Of a stretch of 64,000 nucleotides of DNA, positions 61,412-64,000 are shown in pieces. Under the pieces are notes generated by a model that was not told the origin of the DNA, made no database searches, and worked only from the letters and a program-made list of their open reading frames with translations. A program made the translations under genes and the position numbers. How positions within the stretch are numbered: the first letter of the stretch is position 1; the number at the start of each line of letters is the position of its first letter. The stretch spans positions 124,001 to 188,000 of the forward strand of contig NW_027272268.1 in NCBI RefSeq assembly GCF_040938485.1, in the 5' to 3' direction. This DNA comes from Diadema antillarum. Taxonomy: Eukaryota.

Positions 61412-62443
61412 ACTAGAAATGTCACTATGGAGACTGATATGCAAAAAAAAATAATAATAATAATAACAACAAACTGACACATTTTTGTCACAAATATGTT
61501 GAATGTTTATCTACTTTCCTTGAACTAGGTTTAACTTGGATAGATGGCTATACTGTTTAAGAGAGCAAGTATTCATGGATTTGAGGATTTTCACTTGACC
61601 TTTGACTCTTTTAAGTTTATGCATTTAGTCATTCCAAGGCACAAAAAAAGGTGTAATTTCAGCATTAAATAGTAAAATTTCAGCATTTTAACCTGACTTT
61701 TGACCCCATGCCCCCAAAATTCCCAGGAGAATCACTGTCTGGTAGTCTGCATATATATACTAAGTTTCATGATGATACCTTGAGCCACTTCTGAAATAGA
61801 TAAAAAGGTGAAATTATAGAATTTTCACTTGTCCTTTGACCCTATGGCTCAAAACTTTCCCAGAGAATCTCTGTCTGGTGATACTTACACTAAGTTTAAA
61901 GAAAATACCTTGAGGCATTGCATAGATATGGGGGAAATTGTGAAATTTAGAAAATTTGACCCTGACCATTGATCCTTGACCCCCAAAGCCCAAAGATAAG
62001 CACTGTCAGGCAGTACATGCAGTATATGTACTGGTCAAGTTCCATGAAGATACCTTCAACCATGTAAGAGATATGGAGCAAAAAAACAAAAAACAAAAAA
62101 ACAAAAACATTTAGCATTTTCACTTGACCTTTGACCTTCTGGCCCAAAACTTTCTCTAGAGAGTCTTTATTGGGTGTGTATGCATGCACTATAGTTCACT
62201 ATCTACAGACACTACACAGATATGGGGGACCTTTGACCCTGAGAATGTGCACCCAAACATTGACAGGCACAACTTCGTCCACTCATGCAAAATATAATGT
62301 CAAGTTTCATGAGGATGTTTTACCGCAAACAGTTTTTATGTTATGCTGTCCACAAAATTGATTACAGACAGACGGACGGAAGGACGCACGGACAGCCCGA
62401 AAACATAATGCCTCTGGCGACACTTCATGGCAAAGGCATAAAA
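61412..62443 (-). mobile_element. Helentron-type HINE, family A, copy 2 (in MEN1 intron)
   Basis: Reverse-complement counterpart of 263-1904: ACTAGAAATGTCACTATGGAGACTG at 61412; TTGACCTTTGAC repeats; GACGGACGGA microsatellite; CCCGAAAACATAATGCCTC...GGCATAAAA end. Confidence 0.65.
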
Positions 62444-62640
62444 CCCCTCTGCATTTATACACTTGTATGTCCTGATGTATGCAAAGACAGGCTTTTGGAA
62501 ATATGTGATCAGATCAAAGTTTACATGGCAAGTTGCCATGTGGACGTGATGGAAGAATAGAAGCTTGCATCACATCTCCTCCCCTCCTCCTCCTATACAA
62601 CAAAAACAACATCATGACAGCTATCAATGTTCTACTAACC

Positions 62641-62815
62641 CAGGGTGGTCCACAACTTGAAATTTTAGCATGTTGCAGGGGGAAAAAGTGATCTTGCGCG
62701 TGAAAGTATGTGCGCGAAGTCCCTTGCGGCCGGGGTCCAGGGCCCGCTTGAGGGCCCTGGAAGCTCTGGGATTCTAGATGCTCTCTGGTGCTATCTTAGC
62801 CTTATTTTGAACACT
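62641..62815. mobile_element. Fragment of a CAGGG-initiated repeat sharing a motif with the 32989-33290 MITE
   Basis: ...TTCTAGATGCTCTCTGGTGCTATCTTAGCCTTATTTT matches TTCTAGATGTTCTCTGGTGCTATCTAAGGCTTATTTT near 33097-33133. Confidence 0.45.
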
Positions 62816-64000
62816 TTGATCACCATGATGACTCTGCAATGCCAGGATAAAAATCATTAATATTTGAAAAATTATGTTAATTGTTTGATTATGACATAAG
62901 ATTTTAAATTGTTCTTGAAATGTTAATATATCGTCCTATACTCCTTACTCATAAGACCTTTTGAATATATTTTAAATAGATATACTCCTCAATGGGGATG
63001 CTATGATAAATGAAAAGGACATCTTGAACTTGTACTACAGTACAGCACACTGACTGTTTTTAATATTATTTACTTTCAGTTTCATATTGAAATGCCAAGA
63101 TAACTGTGTACTCACAAAGTAGATGAGATGAGTGTAGAAAAGTGAGAACTGCACTTTTGCAGCCTACTGGTAAACAGACGTTTAGTTAACTTGAATGACA
63201 TTTAACAAAAACTCAGATCTGGGTAATTCTATCCACAATAAGCCTTTCATCAATATTTCACTTAATTTTCTTTCTTGAAAGGTGTACATTGTGTCAGAGA
63301 GAAATTAAAGTTCCAAAGTACAGAGCTGCCAACCTTTGGAAGCACAAATTAGTACTCAGCAGCTCCAAAATTCGTATTTTTCCACCAGAATTCATATTTT
63401 TTCAATCTCCCTTTTTTTTTTTTTGCTACTTTGAATTAAACTCGTCGACTTATGAGGCCTACAGGCTCTAAACCTAACGTTATGACACATGCCGAAGCAT
63501 CGAGCTGGTCACCAGCACGATAAAGATGCCAAACTACGCAATGTTCAGCGTTGATTGATTGCTTTCTCGCAATGAATGTGTACAAGTGCAAGTACAACTG
63601 TATGTACCTCCAAAAACTTGCTCAGCTGATTGTGGAAGCTTCCACTATCTAGCAGGGGACGGGGAATGCTTTCATCTTCTCATGAGAGCTTCTGTGTGAA
63701 CGGATGCAAAACTCTGTTCTGTGTTTCCAATTATTGTTTACTATTTGAACATAATTATGCGTTGTTTTCAGGCTTTTTTATTTTATTGGATTTTAAATAT
63801 CAGTATTTTCCGAAGTATTCCAATTCCTTTTCCCCTGACTGGAATCGGAAATTCTGCTATAACGATGATCGCAAAATGCCGCCTGTGTGTGGAAGCGCCG
63901 ATGCAAACACTTGGCTTCACTTTCAAGTTTAAAGGAATACGCCATGTGCTCGATCCTGCCTGTAAGAGGTTACTGCAAGTTCGATGGATCGAATGCGCCA

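Noticed and set aside
61156-64000. Search for the preceding MEN1 exon (SWLY...MEVA...LQQ)
   Set aside because: No matching exon found; it probably lies beyond the window end. ORF 63630-63932 shows no menin or other homology.

Overview
Eukaryotic, AT-rich, intron-rich genomic DNA from an invertebrate deuterostome. Vertebrate-like exon boundaries and the repeat families suggest an echinoderm, probably a sea urchin (inference). Two assembly gaps lie at 37396-37591 and 47406-47538. Four protein-coding genes were reconstructed by hand from GT-AG sites and phase continuity: (1) the last two exons of a DPF/d4 (BAF45) PHD-finger gene (+); (2) a complete 25-exon mitochondrial PNPase gene PNPT1 (-, 9300-33833, 798 aa) with a poly-Ser tail and a possible second, internal first-exon module; (3) a complete 7-coding-exon ANKEF1 (+, 38526-45336, 780 aa), head-to-head with PNPT1 and carrying an RFX X-box upstream; (4) the last three coding exons of menin MEN1 (-), with a long acidic insertion. 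Non-coding DNA is rich in non-autonomous mobile elements: Helentron-type HINEs, TTAA-flanked Kolobok/piggyBac-type MITEs, TA-flanked Tc1/mariner-type MITEs, tRNA-derived SINEs, L2 and RTE LINE fragments, a TIR element with a THAP remnant, and nested transposon stacks in PNPT1 intron 1. No rRNA, bona fide tRNA, CRISPR or prokaryotic-type system is supported. Most short ORFs in the supplied track are spurious. I found no clearly new biological system. The best leads are the dual first-exon architecture of PNPT1, the THAP-remnant element, the nested element with an array of 14-bp motifs, and the remodelled menin C-terminus. All homology calls are from recalled sequences, not database searches.
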